The notes beneath the pieces were generated by a model. That model saw only the letters and a list, made by a program, of their open reading frames with translations, was not told where the DNA came from and did not search any database. A program made the position numbers and the translations under genes. Of a DNA stretch of 37,026 bases, positions 27,442 through 35,652 are shown in pieces. This DNA is from an uncultured Bacilli bacterium (lineage in GTDB: Bacteria > Bacillota_I > Bacilli_A > RF39 > UBA660): NCBI GenBank assembly GCA_947628545.1, contig CANRAJ010000002.1:1-37026 (forward strand), written 5' to 3'. The stretch's first letter is position 1. The number at the start of each line of letters is the position of its first letter.

Positions 27442-28430
27442 TATTTAACCTTCTTTCTTACTAATTCGCTTTTTTCTTGTAAAAATGCCGTTAAATCAGG
27501 TGAACCATCTTGAAAAATGATCCTTTCGCGCGTTACACCAAATAAGGCTTTTATTTCTTCATCACTAAACTCAGGATAAGTTAAACTGAATAGTTTAACA
27601 AACCAAGAAAATAAAGCATCATACCAATCTAAAGTTTTATAAAAAGCATCAATATTGGTAATTATTTGGGCAAAATTTGAATTCATTTGGAGCATTAATG
27701 CCATCATTTGGGTTAATTCCATTGTCGGATTATCAAATCCCCGGGCCCATTTTTTAACTTGACTAGTCATTTCTTCCCTACTTTGGCGAAACATAATTTT
27801 TTTATTTTTAGTTAAAAACTCAGCTTTTTCATCTTCGTTTAAGACGGCAAAATGAAAAGCAATATCATCGGTAAAATTTTGGTATTGATAAGTTATTTGT
27901 TTAATAATTTTATCGCCCTTATGATGCACTTGAATTCCCACATCTTCTAAAAAACGATTATTGCGAACTGAATAATAAAATAAATTAGTTCCATCCGCTA
28001 AATCAATATGAACATTACTGTCATTTAAGGTATCGTTAGGGTGTAATCTTACTTGAGCATAATATTGTATTGCCTCATCGGCATTAAATCGTTTTTTTAA
28101 AGCAAAATGGGAATGATATTTTACTTTTCCTTCCTTCACTAAAGCAAAATCAACGGCTTCGGGTTGATGGAAATAAATATTGCCTTTAATATCATAACCA
28201 TTTAATCTTAATTCCAAATGGATTCTTTTTTCTAGTAAGCTACCAACATAACCCACATTATTATCCATCTCATCATAGATATTATTAAAAGTGGTCATTC
28301 CCCCATTAAGGGTCGTCTGAATCTTTTCGGCCATATTATCAAAAGCAATTTTATAACCAAAACTATTAACAAAAGCAATCGCTGTTTTATAGGCCGTACT
28401 AAGTATTTGTTCATTTTTCATTTGTTCCAT
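27441..28430 (-). CDS. hypothetical cytoplasmic protein, paralog A of a tandem pair
   Basis: Long ORF with a GGTGGGG RBS region. It resembles the downstream gene at the N-terminus (YKTAIAFVNSFGY versus LKTIIVYLNSLNI) and at the C-terminus. Confidence 0.65.
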   Translation of the reverse strand: MEQMKNEQILSTAYKTAIAFVNSFGYKIAFDNMAEKIQTTLNGGMTTFNNIYDEMDNNVGYVGSLLEKRIHLELRLNGYDIKGNIYFHQPEAVDFALVKEGKVKYHSHFALKKRFNADEAIQYYAQVRLHPNDTLNDSNVHIDLADGTNLFYYSVRNNRFLEDVGIQVHHKGDKIIKQITYQYQNFTDDIAFHFAVLNEDEKAEFLTKNKKIMFRQSREEMTSQVKKWARGFDNPTMELTQMMALMLQMNSNFAQIITNIDAFYKTLDWYDALFSWFVKLFSLTYPEFSDEEIKALFGVTRERIIFQDGSPDLTAFLQEKSELVRKKVK

Positions 28431-28456
28431 AACCCCACCACATTTCTCAGTGGTTA

Positions 28457-29215
28457 TTATAGATGAGATACGTAAGTTTTGTCAAACCTTTCTTGCAGTT
28501 TCCGTTTTTCACTGATAATTCCTTTTTCTTCCCGAAAATAGTGAAACGTATCCTTTTTTAAAATATCAAGCTGTCCTTTTTCGGTACTAATTTTTTTATA
28601 AGGAAAATCTTTTAAGTAGCGCTCTAATAAAAAGCGATTTTCTAGATATTTATAATCTTTAAAATAAGTATAAGTTTTATAAATTAAAAAAAGAATAATT
28701 AAATAATTATTTAAAGATTGGACATAATTAAAGATACTAAATAAAATTAGGGAAACAACCGAAATAATTATTTGCCCAAAATAGGCCTTTTTAAAGGATA
28801 ACTTTTTGGCTAACAAGGCATTTAAAAAAATACTGCCATCTAAGGGAATAATGGGGAGCATATTAAAAAACATAATGGTTAAATTATAAGTTTTAATTAA
28901 ATTTAAGGTATGATTGGTAAAGGGAAGTATCGGCGTAATCAGCCAAATGAGCAATTGCAAAAAGATGCCGCCTAAAGCAATAATTATTTCCCGATTTAAA
29001 GGAGTATTTACATCCTTTTTTATTTTCGTAATTCCTCCGAAGGGATAAATATTAATTTCACTAATTTGATAACCTAAAAGGTGGCTCAAAAAAACATGGC
29101 CTAGTTCATGAATTAAGACAATAAAAAAAATAATTAAGGCATTTTTAATTAAACCACAACAAAAAGCCAAAAATAAAAAATACCAGGTGAAGATATTAAC
29201 TTTGATATGTTTCAT
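28457..29215 (-). CDS. site-2 protease family (M50) intramembrane metalloprotease, SpoIVFB-like
   Basis: HELGH lies within a TM helix (VLIHELGHVF), with a second motif NMLPIIPLDGS (NxxPxxxLDG). The protein is polytopic and sits where spoIVFB sits in Bacillus. Confidence 0.8.
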   Translation of the reverse strand: MKHIKVNIFTWYFLFLAFCCGLIKNALIIFFIVLIHELGHVFLSHLLGYQISEINIYPFGGITKIKKDVNTPLNREIIIALGGIFLQLLIWLITPILPFTNHTLNLIKTYNLTIMFFNMLPIIPLDGSIFLNALLAKKLSFKKAYFGQIIISVVSLILFSIFNYVQSLNNYLIILFLIYKTYTYFKDYKYLENRFLLERYLKDFPYKKISTEKGQLDILKKDTFHYFREEKGIISEKRKLQERFDKTYVSHL

Positions 29216-29813
29216 ATTTAAGATATTCGTTATCCTTTTTAATTACTAAATATAAAGTATCATCTTTCGTTTCGCCTAATGTGGTACCTTTTTCGACATA
29301 ATCATATAGTTTTACGGCCACATTGGCGACATTCCCATACCAAATATCTGCTCCATCATTACCTTGAACAATTACGGTATTGCCATAATCATCCTTTTCG
29401 CCAATGAAAACCACTATTCCCCCATTTAAAGTACTAACTAACGCCTTATCATTGACGGTTAGTTTTTCCCCATCATGGTAATCTTCAATTTTTTTATAGA
29501 TTAATGAGCCACTAAAAACGGTTTTTTCTTTAGTCGCAGTCTTGGGAATGGGCTCGCCAAATAAATTTTCATACCAATTTTTAATTTTCGTAAACGGCAG
29601 ATTTTCACTAAAAACATATTCTTTATACATTAAAACATTTTTATCGTTAGTTTTAAGATAAATTAAACTTAAAAGGAAAAAAATAATACTTAATAAAACT
29701 TTCGTTAAAAAGTTTCGGACTAAAGAATGTTTATTATTACTTAATTTTACTTTTAAATACGGATTTCGTCTTTTTTTCTTAAAATTAGTTAAATACACAT
29801 TTAATTCATCCAT
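29196..29813 (-). CDS. membrane-anchored degenerate LytM (M23-like) domain protein, SpoIVFA-like
   Basis: One TM helix (VLLSIIFFLLSLIYL). The C-terminal segment GGIVVFIGEKDDYGNTVIVQGNDGADIWYGNV...GTTLGE...LYLVIKK keeps the M23 fold pattern but has lost all metal-binding His residues. The ATG at 29813 follows GGGTGA; an alternative start is GTG at 29825. Confidence 0.6.
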   Translation of the reverse strand: MDELNVYLTNFKKKRRNPYLKVKLSNNKHSLVRNFLTKVLLSIIFFLLSLIYLKTNDKNVLMYKEYVFSENLPFTKIKNWYENLFGEPIPKTATKEKTVFSGSLIYKKIEDYHDGEKLTVNDKALVSTLNGGIVVFIGEKDDYGNTVIVQGNDGADIWYGNVANVAVKLYDYVEKGTTLGETKDDTLYLVIKKDNEYLKYETYQS

Positions 29814-29821
29814 TATCTTTT

Positions 29822-30208
29822 TCACCCAATAAAGTTTATGCGGGCATTCATTTTTTTATAACTGAGTGTAGTTACAATTAAATTAAAACCTAGCGTAATT
29901 AAAAACGAAGAAAAATTAAAATAGTTAAATAAAATATGGGTTAAAAAATAATAACTTAAGATGGCACTAAAATAAAAGCTAAGAAAATTGCCCAATGTTT
30001 TTTGTTTAGGCCAAAGATATCTTTTTATAAACCAAAAAATAAGGAGAAAAAGAACATGAAACGGAAAAGAATTAGTTAAAAATAAATCTATAGTTAAACC
30101 AACTATCAATATTTTTAGAAGCGCAGAGTGCTGCAAATTAAAAAGAAAAAGATAACTAACTAAGGGCGTAAAATGATTAATTAAAATATCTCCTAAAATT
30201 AAAATCAT
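29822..30208 (-). CDS. mreD: rod shape-determining protein MreD
   Basis: Small, very hydrophobic polytopic protein. Its ATG overlaps the mreC stop (ATGA at 30205..30208). Confidence 0.6.
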   Translation of the reverse strand: MILILGDILINHFTPLVSYLFLFNLQHSALLKILIVGLTIDLFLTNSFPFHVLFLLIFWFIKRYLWPKQKTLGNFLSFYFSAILSYYFLTHILFNYFNFSSFLITLGFNLIVTTLSYKKMNARINFIG

Positions 30209-30858
30209 TTGGGTGATCCCACCCAAACATAATTAATTTGATCAGGATTTGTCCCCCATTTAACTGTAAGAATTTTTTCAATACCTAATTTGTCGGTGGT
30301 AATATTTTCAACCTCACCGATATAAATATTTTCCGGTAAAGTTCCCAAACCCGAGGTATAGACTTTATCACCTATTTGAAGCAAGTCATAATTAGGAATA
30401 TTACTTACAATTAATTTATTATTTTGGCAGCGTAATAAGCCATAAACGCTATTGATTTTAACGGAAATATTACTTTTTTTATTACTTAATAACCTAACTG
30501 TACTGGTGTGTTTGTAAACCGCAGTTACAACGCCAATTAAGGCCTCATCATTTATAACAAAAGACCCTTTTTGAATATCTTCTGCCTTCCCTTTATAAAT
30601 CGTTAGAGAATCCGCAAAATCATAAATATCCCGATATTTTACTTTACTAATTTGATAGGTTGGATAATTAGCCATAAGATTAACGGTCTTTTTTAAAGCT
30701 GCATTTTCCGTTTGTAAAGTTTTAATCTCAGAGTTCGTGACAATTTCATTTTGAAATAATTCGTTATTTTGAAGATGCCAGGCATCAATTTGATCCCGGC
30801 TAAGATAAATAACAATTAAGAAAATAGCTAAAGCCCCATTTAAAATATTTCGTTTCAT
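30205..30858 (-). CDS. mreC: rod shape-determining protein MreC
   Basis: N-terminal TM helix, then a coiled coil (IKTLQTENAALKKTV), then beta domains: DEALIGVVTAVYKHTSTVRLLSNKKSNISVKI and TSGLGTLPENIYIGEV. Confidence 0.85.
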   Translation of the reverse strand: MKRNILNGALAIFLIVIYLSRDQIDAWHLQNNELFQNEIVTNSEIKTLQTENAALKKTVNLMANYPTYQISKVKYRDIYDFADSLTIYKGKAEDIQKGSFVINDEALIGVVTAVYKHTSTVRLLSNKKSNISVKINSVYGLLRCQNNKLIVSNIPNYDLLQIGDKVYTSGLGTLPENIYIGEVENITTDKLGIEKILTVKWGTNPDQINYVWVGSPK

Positions 30859-30877
30859 ACTTTTAGTATGTTTGGTT

Positions 30878-31306
30878 TTATTTAGAATATGTTAGAAAAG
30901 TTTCTAAAGTTGTTTGACATACTTGATCAATAGCGGCCTCATTTTCGGTTTTACTTAATAAAACTTCTAGTTTTTTAAACTCATCACTTAAATCTTGATC
31001 TAAAACTTTTTTAATAAAAAAATTGAGGTTTTGTTTCCGGTAGTAAGCATCTAACTTGGCTTTATTTTCTTCATTAGTCGTGGCACAAATTAAAACGCGA
31101 TAGTAATCATCATCAGGATAAACGAGCCGGCTATTAAATCTTGTAGCATAGGCCTCAGCATTATCCTTTTGGGCAAAAACTCCCACTTGAAATAAGTAAA
31201 GTGTATTTTTATTTTGGGTTAAAGCCACGACCTCTTTATTAATATCGTGATAAAATAAAAACGCAAAAAAACAACCTATTAAAATACCACCCAAAACCCA
31301 CTTCAT
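30878..31306 (-). CDS. membrane-anchored SPOR-like domain protein (hypothetical)
   Basis: TM helix WVLGGILIGCFFAFLF, then YLFQVGVFAQKDNAEAYATRF..., which resembles the first beta-alpha unit of a SPOR domain. Confidence 0.45.
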   Translation of the reverse strand: MKWVLGGILIGCFFAFLFYHDINKEVVALTQNKNTLYLFQVGVFAQKDNAEAYATRFNSRLVYPDDDYYRVLICATTNEENKAKLDAYYRKQNLNFFIKKVLDQDLSDEFKKLEVLLSKTENEAAIDQVCQTTLETFLTYSK

Positions 31307-31374
31307 ATATCCCTTCATTTAACTCACCTAAGGATAAGATACTCTAAAATAAGCGCATATTTTGTCGAAAAAAG

Positions 31375-31408
31375 GTGAAAAAAAAGAAAAGTTGTAATTT
31401 CTTTTCTT
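31375..31408 (-). terminator. rho-independent terminator after the small membrane-protein gene
   Basis: Stem AAGAAAAG / CTTTTCTT (31384..31391 and 31401..31408), followed on the minus strand by TTTTTT. Confidence 0.55.
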
Positions 31409-31416
31409 AAAATAAA

Positions 31417-31578
31417 TTATTTAACCGTTTTTTTCATCATTTTACTAGCTTCATCGGCCGCATTATTTAAGATTTTTTCGACGTTGGCCTTCTTTTGTTT
31501 ATCCATCATCATGTAAGCGGCACCCCCCAGCATCGCCATTAAAGCCATGGCTCCCATCACACTCATTGTTTTTTTCAT
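31417..31578 (-). CDS. small (53 aa) membrane protein, not in the ORF track
   Basis: The ATG at 31578 lies 6 nt after GAGGTG. Translation is MKKTMSVMGAMALMAMLGGAAYMMMDKQKKANVEKILNNAADEASKMMKKTVK*. It has its own terminator directly downstream. Confidence 0.55.
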   Translation of the reverse strand: MKKTMSVMGAMALMAMLGGAAYMMMDKQKKANVEKILNNAADEASKMMKKTVK

Positions 31579-31618
31579 TCTAACACCTCTGTTGCTAGTA
31601 TGGCCTAAAACACGGCAT

Positions 31619-33796
31619 TTATACTTCGTAGGCCTGGGTTATTTTTTCTTTTAAACTCGTTTTCCGGTTGGTCGCATAATCATTTTGGACCGCATTTACA
31701 AAAGAATTAACCTCACCCACGATAGTTAAACTTTTTTTGGCCCGCGATACCCCGGTATAGACTAATTTATTATAAAGCATTTTGTAATAATTGCGACATA
31801 TAGGGAAAATAACATGATCAAACTCACTCCCTTGACTTTTGTGAATGGTAATCGCATAAGCATGTTTAATTTGTTTTAAATCTCTTTTTTCGTAAGTTAC
31901 TAAATTTCCATCAAAATTAATTGTCGTTTTATTACCTACGATGCGTTCAATATAACCAATATCGCCATTAAAAACATTATGATCTAAGTCATTAACTAGT
32001 TGCAATACTTTATCTTTTTCCCGATATGTTACCTCACCATATTTAATTTCGGCTTTGCTTCTTTTCGCCGGATTATAAATACTTTGTAAGATGATATTCA
32101 AATTATCAATGCCATTTTCGCCTTTATACATCGGCACTAAAACTTGCACGGATTTTTCATCTAATCCTTTATCTCGGGAAATCGTAATAATTTTTTCAAT
32201 GGTTTCTTTAATTTGGGTATGAGAAACCGGAAAGAAAGAATAGTCATCCTTTTTCTTTAAAAAATCCTCACTCAAATCTTTATTTTTTATTTCTTTTGCC
32301 AAATACGGAATATAAGAATTATTACTTTGGCGATAAATTAAGTTAAGAGGAGCATAATTAAATAAATCGGTCGCAATTAAATCATTTAAAACTAACCCGG
32401 CCCCGACACTTGGTAATTGAAAAATATCGCCAACTAAAACCAATTTGGCATTTAAACTAATTCCTTTTAATAAAGCAGCAAAAAGTAACTCGTCAATCAT
32501 TGAAACTTCATCTACAATAATAAGTTGATGGGCTGTTTTATTATTTTCGTTATAGAAAAACTCATTTCGGTCTTTATTCCATTTTAAATACCGATGGATA
32601 GTATAAGCCGGAAGTCCCGTAGCCGAAGCCATTTTTTTACTCGCCCGCCCGGTGGGGGCTAAAAGTGCAATGTTTTCCATAATTCCGACGGGTGATAAAT
32701 GGTATTCGGCAATAAATAATTTAACAATAGCGTTAATAATGGTGGTTTTCCCAGTACCAGGTCCCCCACTGATAATCGTAATATTATTAGTTAAAGCCCC
32801 CATAATGGCATTTTTTTGATCATCATTATAAGTCATATTACTTTTATTTTCTAAATCCGTAAGCTTATCTTCTAAGTTACTAAACTTTAAAGGCGGAAAC
32901 GAATCAATAATTTTTAAACTCCGGGCAATGGTCTTTTCGCCATCATAGTATTTTTGTAAATAGTATCGTTTATCTTCTTTACATACTAAGCCATCACTAA
33001 TCAAACTTTGAAAATATTCTTCTAAATCTTCATCAGATAAAAATATTTGAAACTCTTTTTGCAAAACAATATTAATTTCTTCTAAAAAAGAATAAGTATC
33101 ACCTAAAGTATTACTTAATATTTCCATACTTTCTAAAATACAAGCCCGGCGCCGAATATCATTTTCCCCAACATTCTGTAAATAAATACTATCAATTTTT
33201 TTAAAATCAATAATTTCTTTTAAATCATAAAAACCATCGTTTAAGATATCATCAATTCGATCCTTAAACCGATTATAGATATGACTACATTCTTCAATAC
33301 TAAAACCAAACTCTTGCAATTTTAAAATAGTATCGCTACTTTTATCAAAATTAATTAAGGAATTATATATTTTTTCGGCTTTGGTGGGTGTTATTCCGGA
33401 AACTAAAAGTAAATTATCCTTATTTTCTTTAATTTTATCAAGCGTGGCCTCGCCAAAGACCGCAACAATCTTTTGGGCTGTCTTTTCGCCACAGGAAGCA
33501 ATAAAGTTGCTCGCTAAAAACTCGATGATGGCCTCCTTTGTCGTCGGTTTATCAATTTCAAAGCGTGTAAAATGATATTGATCGCCAAAACGGTCATTAT
33601 GGGTAAACTCACCATACAAAGTCATATTTAAATCAATTTTAACCTCGGTTAAATTACCTGTCACCGTAATGGTTTTATTAAGATAATTTTGCATAATTTC
33701 ATCATCCGTTTCATGAATGCGAAAAAGGGCTACAACATAGCCATTATCTTGATTAAAATAGATTGTATTACGCATGCGTCCTTTAATATAACTCAT
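31619..33796 (-). CDS. recD2: ATP-dependent RecD-like DNA helicase (RecD2 / YrrC family)
   Basis: Walker A ISGGPGTGKTT, Walker B LIIVDEVSM, the QLPSVG motif and YAITIHKSQGSEF, plus an N-terminal HhH/OB region typical of RecD2. Confidence 0.9.
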   Translation of the reverse strand: MSYIKGRMRNTIYFNQDNGYVVALFRIHETDDEIMQNYLNKTITVTGNLTEVKIDLNMTLYGEFTHNDRFGDQYHFTRFEIDKPTTKEAIIEFLASNFIASCGEKTAQKIVAVFGEATLDKIKENKDNLLLVSGITPTKAEKIYNSLINFDKSSDTILKLQEFGFSIEECSHIYNRFKDRIDDILNDGFYDLKEIIDFKKIDSIYLQNVGENDIRRRACILESMEILSNTLGDTYSFLEEINIVLQKEFQIFLSDEDLEEYFQSLISDGLVCKEDKRYYLQKYYDGEKTIARSLKIIDSFPPLKFSNLEDKLTDLENKSNMTYNDDQKNAIMGALTNNITIISGGPGTGKTTIINAIVKLFIAEYHLSPVGIMENIALLAPTGRASKKMASATGLPAYTIHRYLKWNKDRNEFFYNENNKTAHQLIIVDEVSMIDELLFAALLKGISLNAKLVLVGDIFQLPSVGAGLVLNDLIATDLFNYAPLNLIYRQSNNSYIPYLAKEIKNKDLSEDFLKKKDDYSFFPVSHTQIKETIEKIITISRDKGLDEKSVQVLVPMYKGENGIDNLNIILQSIYNPAKRSKAEIKYGEVTYREKDKVLQLVNDLDHNVFNGDIGYIERIVGNKTTINFDGNLVTYEKRDLKQIKHAYAITIHKSQGSEFDHVIFPICRNYYKMLYNKLVYTGVSRAKKSLTIVGEVNSFVNAVQNDYATNRKTSLKEKITQAYEV

Positions 33797-35022
33797 AATA
33801 CCCTACTATATATTTGACCAACAGTTAAGGTCTCATTTAAAGTAACCTCTAAATAATTGCCCGTATGGCCCACACTTTTACCATCAGTACTTTTTTCAAT
33901 TAAGACATCAACCGTTTGACCGTGAAACTTTTGATAATATTCTTTTTCTAGTTCGGCACTTAAGGCCATTAATCGTTTAACGCGTTCGTGTTTTTCGGCC
34001 TCACTTACTTGATTATCCATCGCGGCAGCAACTGTTCCTTTACGAGGCGAAAACGGAAAGACATGAACCTTACTAAAAGCCAATTTTTGACTAATGGCTA
34101 AAGTTTCTTGAAACATGGCTTCTGTTTCCCCAGGAAAGCCCACAATAATATCGGTAGAAATAGCAATATTTGGTCTTATTTGGCGAATTTCGGCAATTTT
34201 TTCTCTAAAATAAGCAATATCATATTTCCGATTCATCGCTTTTAAAACAAAGTCACTACCCGCTTGAAGGGGAATATGTAAATGATCAACTAACTTTGGA
34301 CAATTTTTTAAAGTAGCCAAAAAGTGATCATTTAATTCGGTAACCTCAATACTAGATAGTCGAATTCTTTTTAACTCGGGGATTTTACTCAAATCGATAA
34401 TTAAATCCGCTAAATCGTGACCATTACTAAAATAATGACCTGTGTGAATACCTGTTAAAACAATTTCGGGATGATTCTTGGCTAAACATTTGGCTTCGGC
34501 TAAAACCAAATCATAATCTTTGGACCGCACCTTACCCCGAACAAAGGGAATAATACAGTAACTGCAAAAATTATCACAACCATCTTCAATTTTAATAAAG
34601 GCCCGAATATGGTCATATGTTTCTAGTTGCATATTTTCAAAAGGTAGTTGCCGATTTTTCGTAATAAATTGATATGCTTGTTTATCCGTTAAATATTTAC
34701 TAATAATTTCAGCGACTTGCGATTTATCTTTATTCCCAAGTAATATATTAATTCCTAAATCTTGGTATTTGGCTTCATTATTTTGAACCGAACAACCAAC
34801 TACCACACTTACTTTATCTGGATAATTTCGTAAATAACGGCGAACTAATTTTAAACATTTTTGATCAGCCGTATTGGTAACGGTGCAGGTATTAATTATA
34901 AAAATATCGGCTTCTGTAATTTTATCCACATACAAAAAATGATGTTGTAGCATTTGCTCCTTCATCATATTTGATTCATATTGATTAACTTTACAGCCAA
35001 ATGTCACGATTGTAAATTTCAT
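33793..35022 (-). CDS. mtaB: tRNA t6A37 methylthiotransferase MtaB (radical SAM MTTase)
   Basis: N-terminal MKFTIVTFGCKVNQYES, radical SAM cluster CDNFCSYCIIP, and a C-terminal TRAM-like domain. The ATG at 35022 has better RBS spacing than the one at 35031. Confidence 0.85.
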   Translation of the reverse strand: MKFTIVTFGCKVNQYESNMMKEQMLQHHFLYVDKITEADIFIINTCTVTNTADQKCLKLVRRYLRNYPDKVSVVVGCSVQNNEAKYQDLGINILLGNKDKSQVAEIISKYLTDKQAYQFITKNRQLPFENMQLETYDHIRAFIKIEDGCDNFCSYCIIPFVRGKVRSKDYDLVLAEAKCLAKNHPEIVLTGIHTGHYFSNGHDLADLIIDLSKIPELKRIRLSSIEVTELNDHFLATLKNCPKLVDHLHIPLQAGSDFVLKAMNRKYDIAYFREKIAEIRQIRPNIAISTDIIVGFPGETEAMFQETLAISQKLAFSKVHVFPFSPRKGTVAAAMDNQVSEAEKHERVKRLMALSAELEKEYYQKFHGQTVDVLIEKSTDGKSVGHTGNYLEVTLNETLTVGQIYSRVL

Positions 35023-35041
35023 AGTTGTCATCCTTTTCTTT

Positions 35042-35542
35042 TTATTTTAAATTTAATTGTAATTGTTTCAATGCTTTTAAAAACTCTTCTTCTTTAGCAT
35101 AACTAATAACATGCCCTTTAAATTCCGGTTTTACACCTTTATCTTCCTCGGTCACTAAATTATCTAAATCAAATTTTTTCACCGATAAATCATCTAAATA
35201 TTCTTCATTTTCGTAATTAATTTTATAATTACCTTCTTTACTTAATAGTTCATCATAACTAATGATGGCCTTTTCCTCTTGATCTTTTTCATAGTCCGTA
35301 AAATCAATACGGGAAGTTGCCACATCCGGATTAGTTAAACTTTTAGTAATTTCTTTGGCAATTTTCATTTCACTAGTTTCCTCTAGATTGGGTTTCTTGG
35401 TTTCTAAAACATCGCCATTAATTTTCACAAAGTAAAATAAGGTTACTATTAAGACCATCAATATTACTACTGCGAAGAAAAAAATATAATCGATAAAACT
35501 TAAAGATTCTAAAAAATCAAGAATATCTGCAAATATTTTCAT
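35042..35542 (-). CDS. hypothetical single-pass membrane protein with acidic C-terminal region
   Basis: TM helix YIFFFAVVILMVLIVTLFYFV followed by a D/E/K-rich tail. I recognise no family. Confidence 0.55.
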   Translation of the reverse strand: MKIFADILDFLESLSFIDYIFFFAVVILMVLIVTLFYFVKINGDVLETKKPNLEETSEMKIAKEITKSLTNPDVATSRIDFTDYEKDQEEKAIISYDELLSKEGNYKINYENEEYLDDLSVKKFDLDNLVTEEDKGVKPEFKGHVISYAKEEEFLKALKQLQLNLK

Positions 35543-35591
35543 TCTAATCACCACATCTCCATTTTACCATTAAACTGTCAAATGGTTAAGG

Positions 35592-35626
35592 TAAAAAATG
35601 TCTATTTACATTATTAATGTAAATAG
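35592..35626 (-). terminator. rho-independent terminator after the 35653..36864 gene
   Basis: Perfect 10-bp stem CTATTTACAT / ATGTAAATAG with a 5-nt loop, followed on the minus strand by ACATTTTTT. Confidence 0.65.
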
Positions 35627-35652
35627 TAATGTCTATTATAACCGATTCGGGA

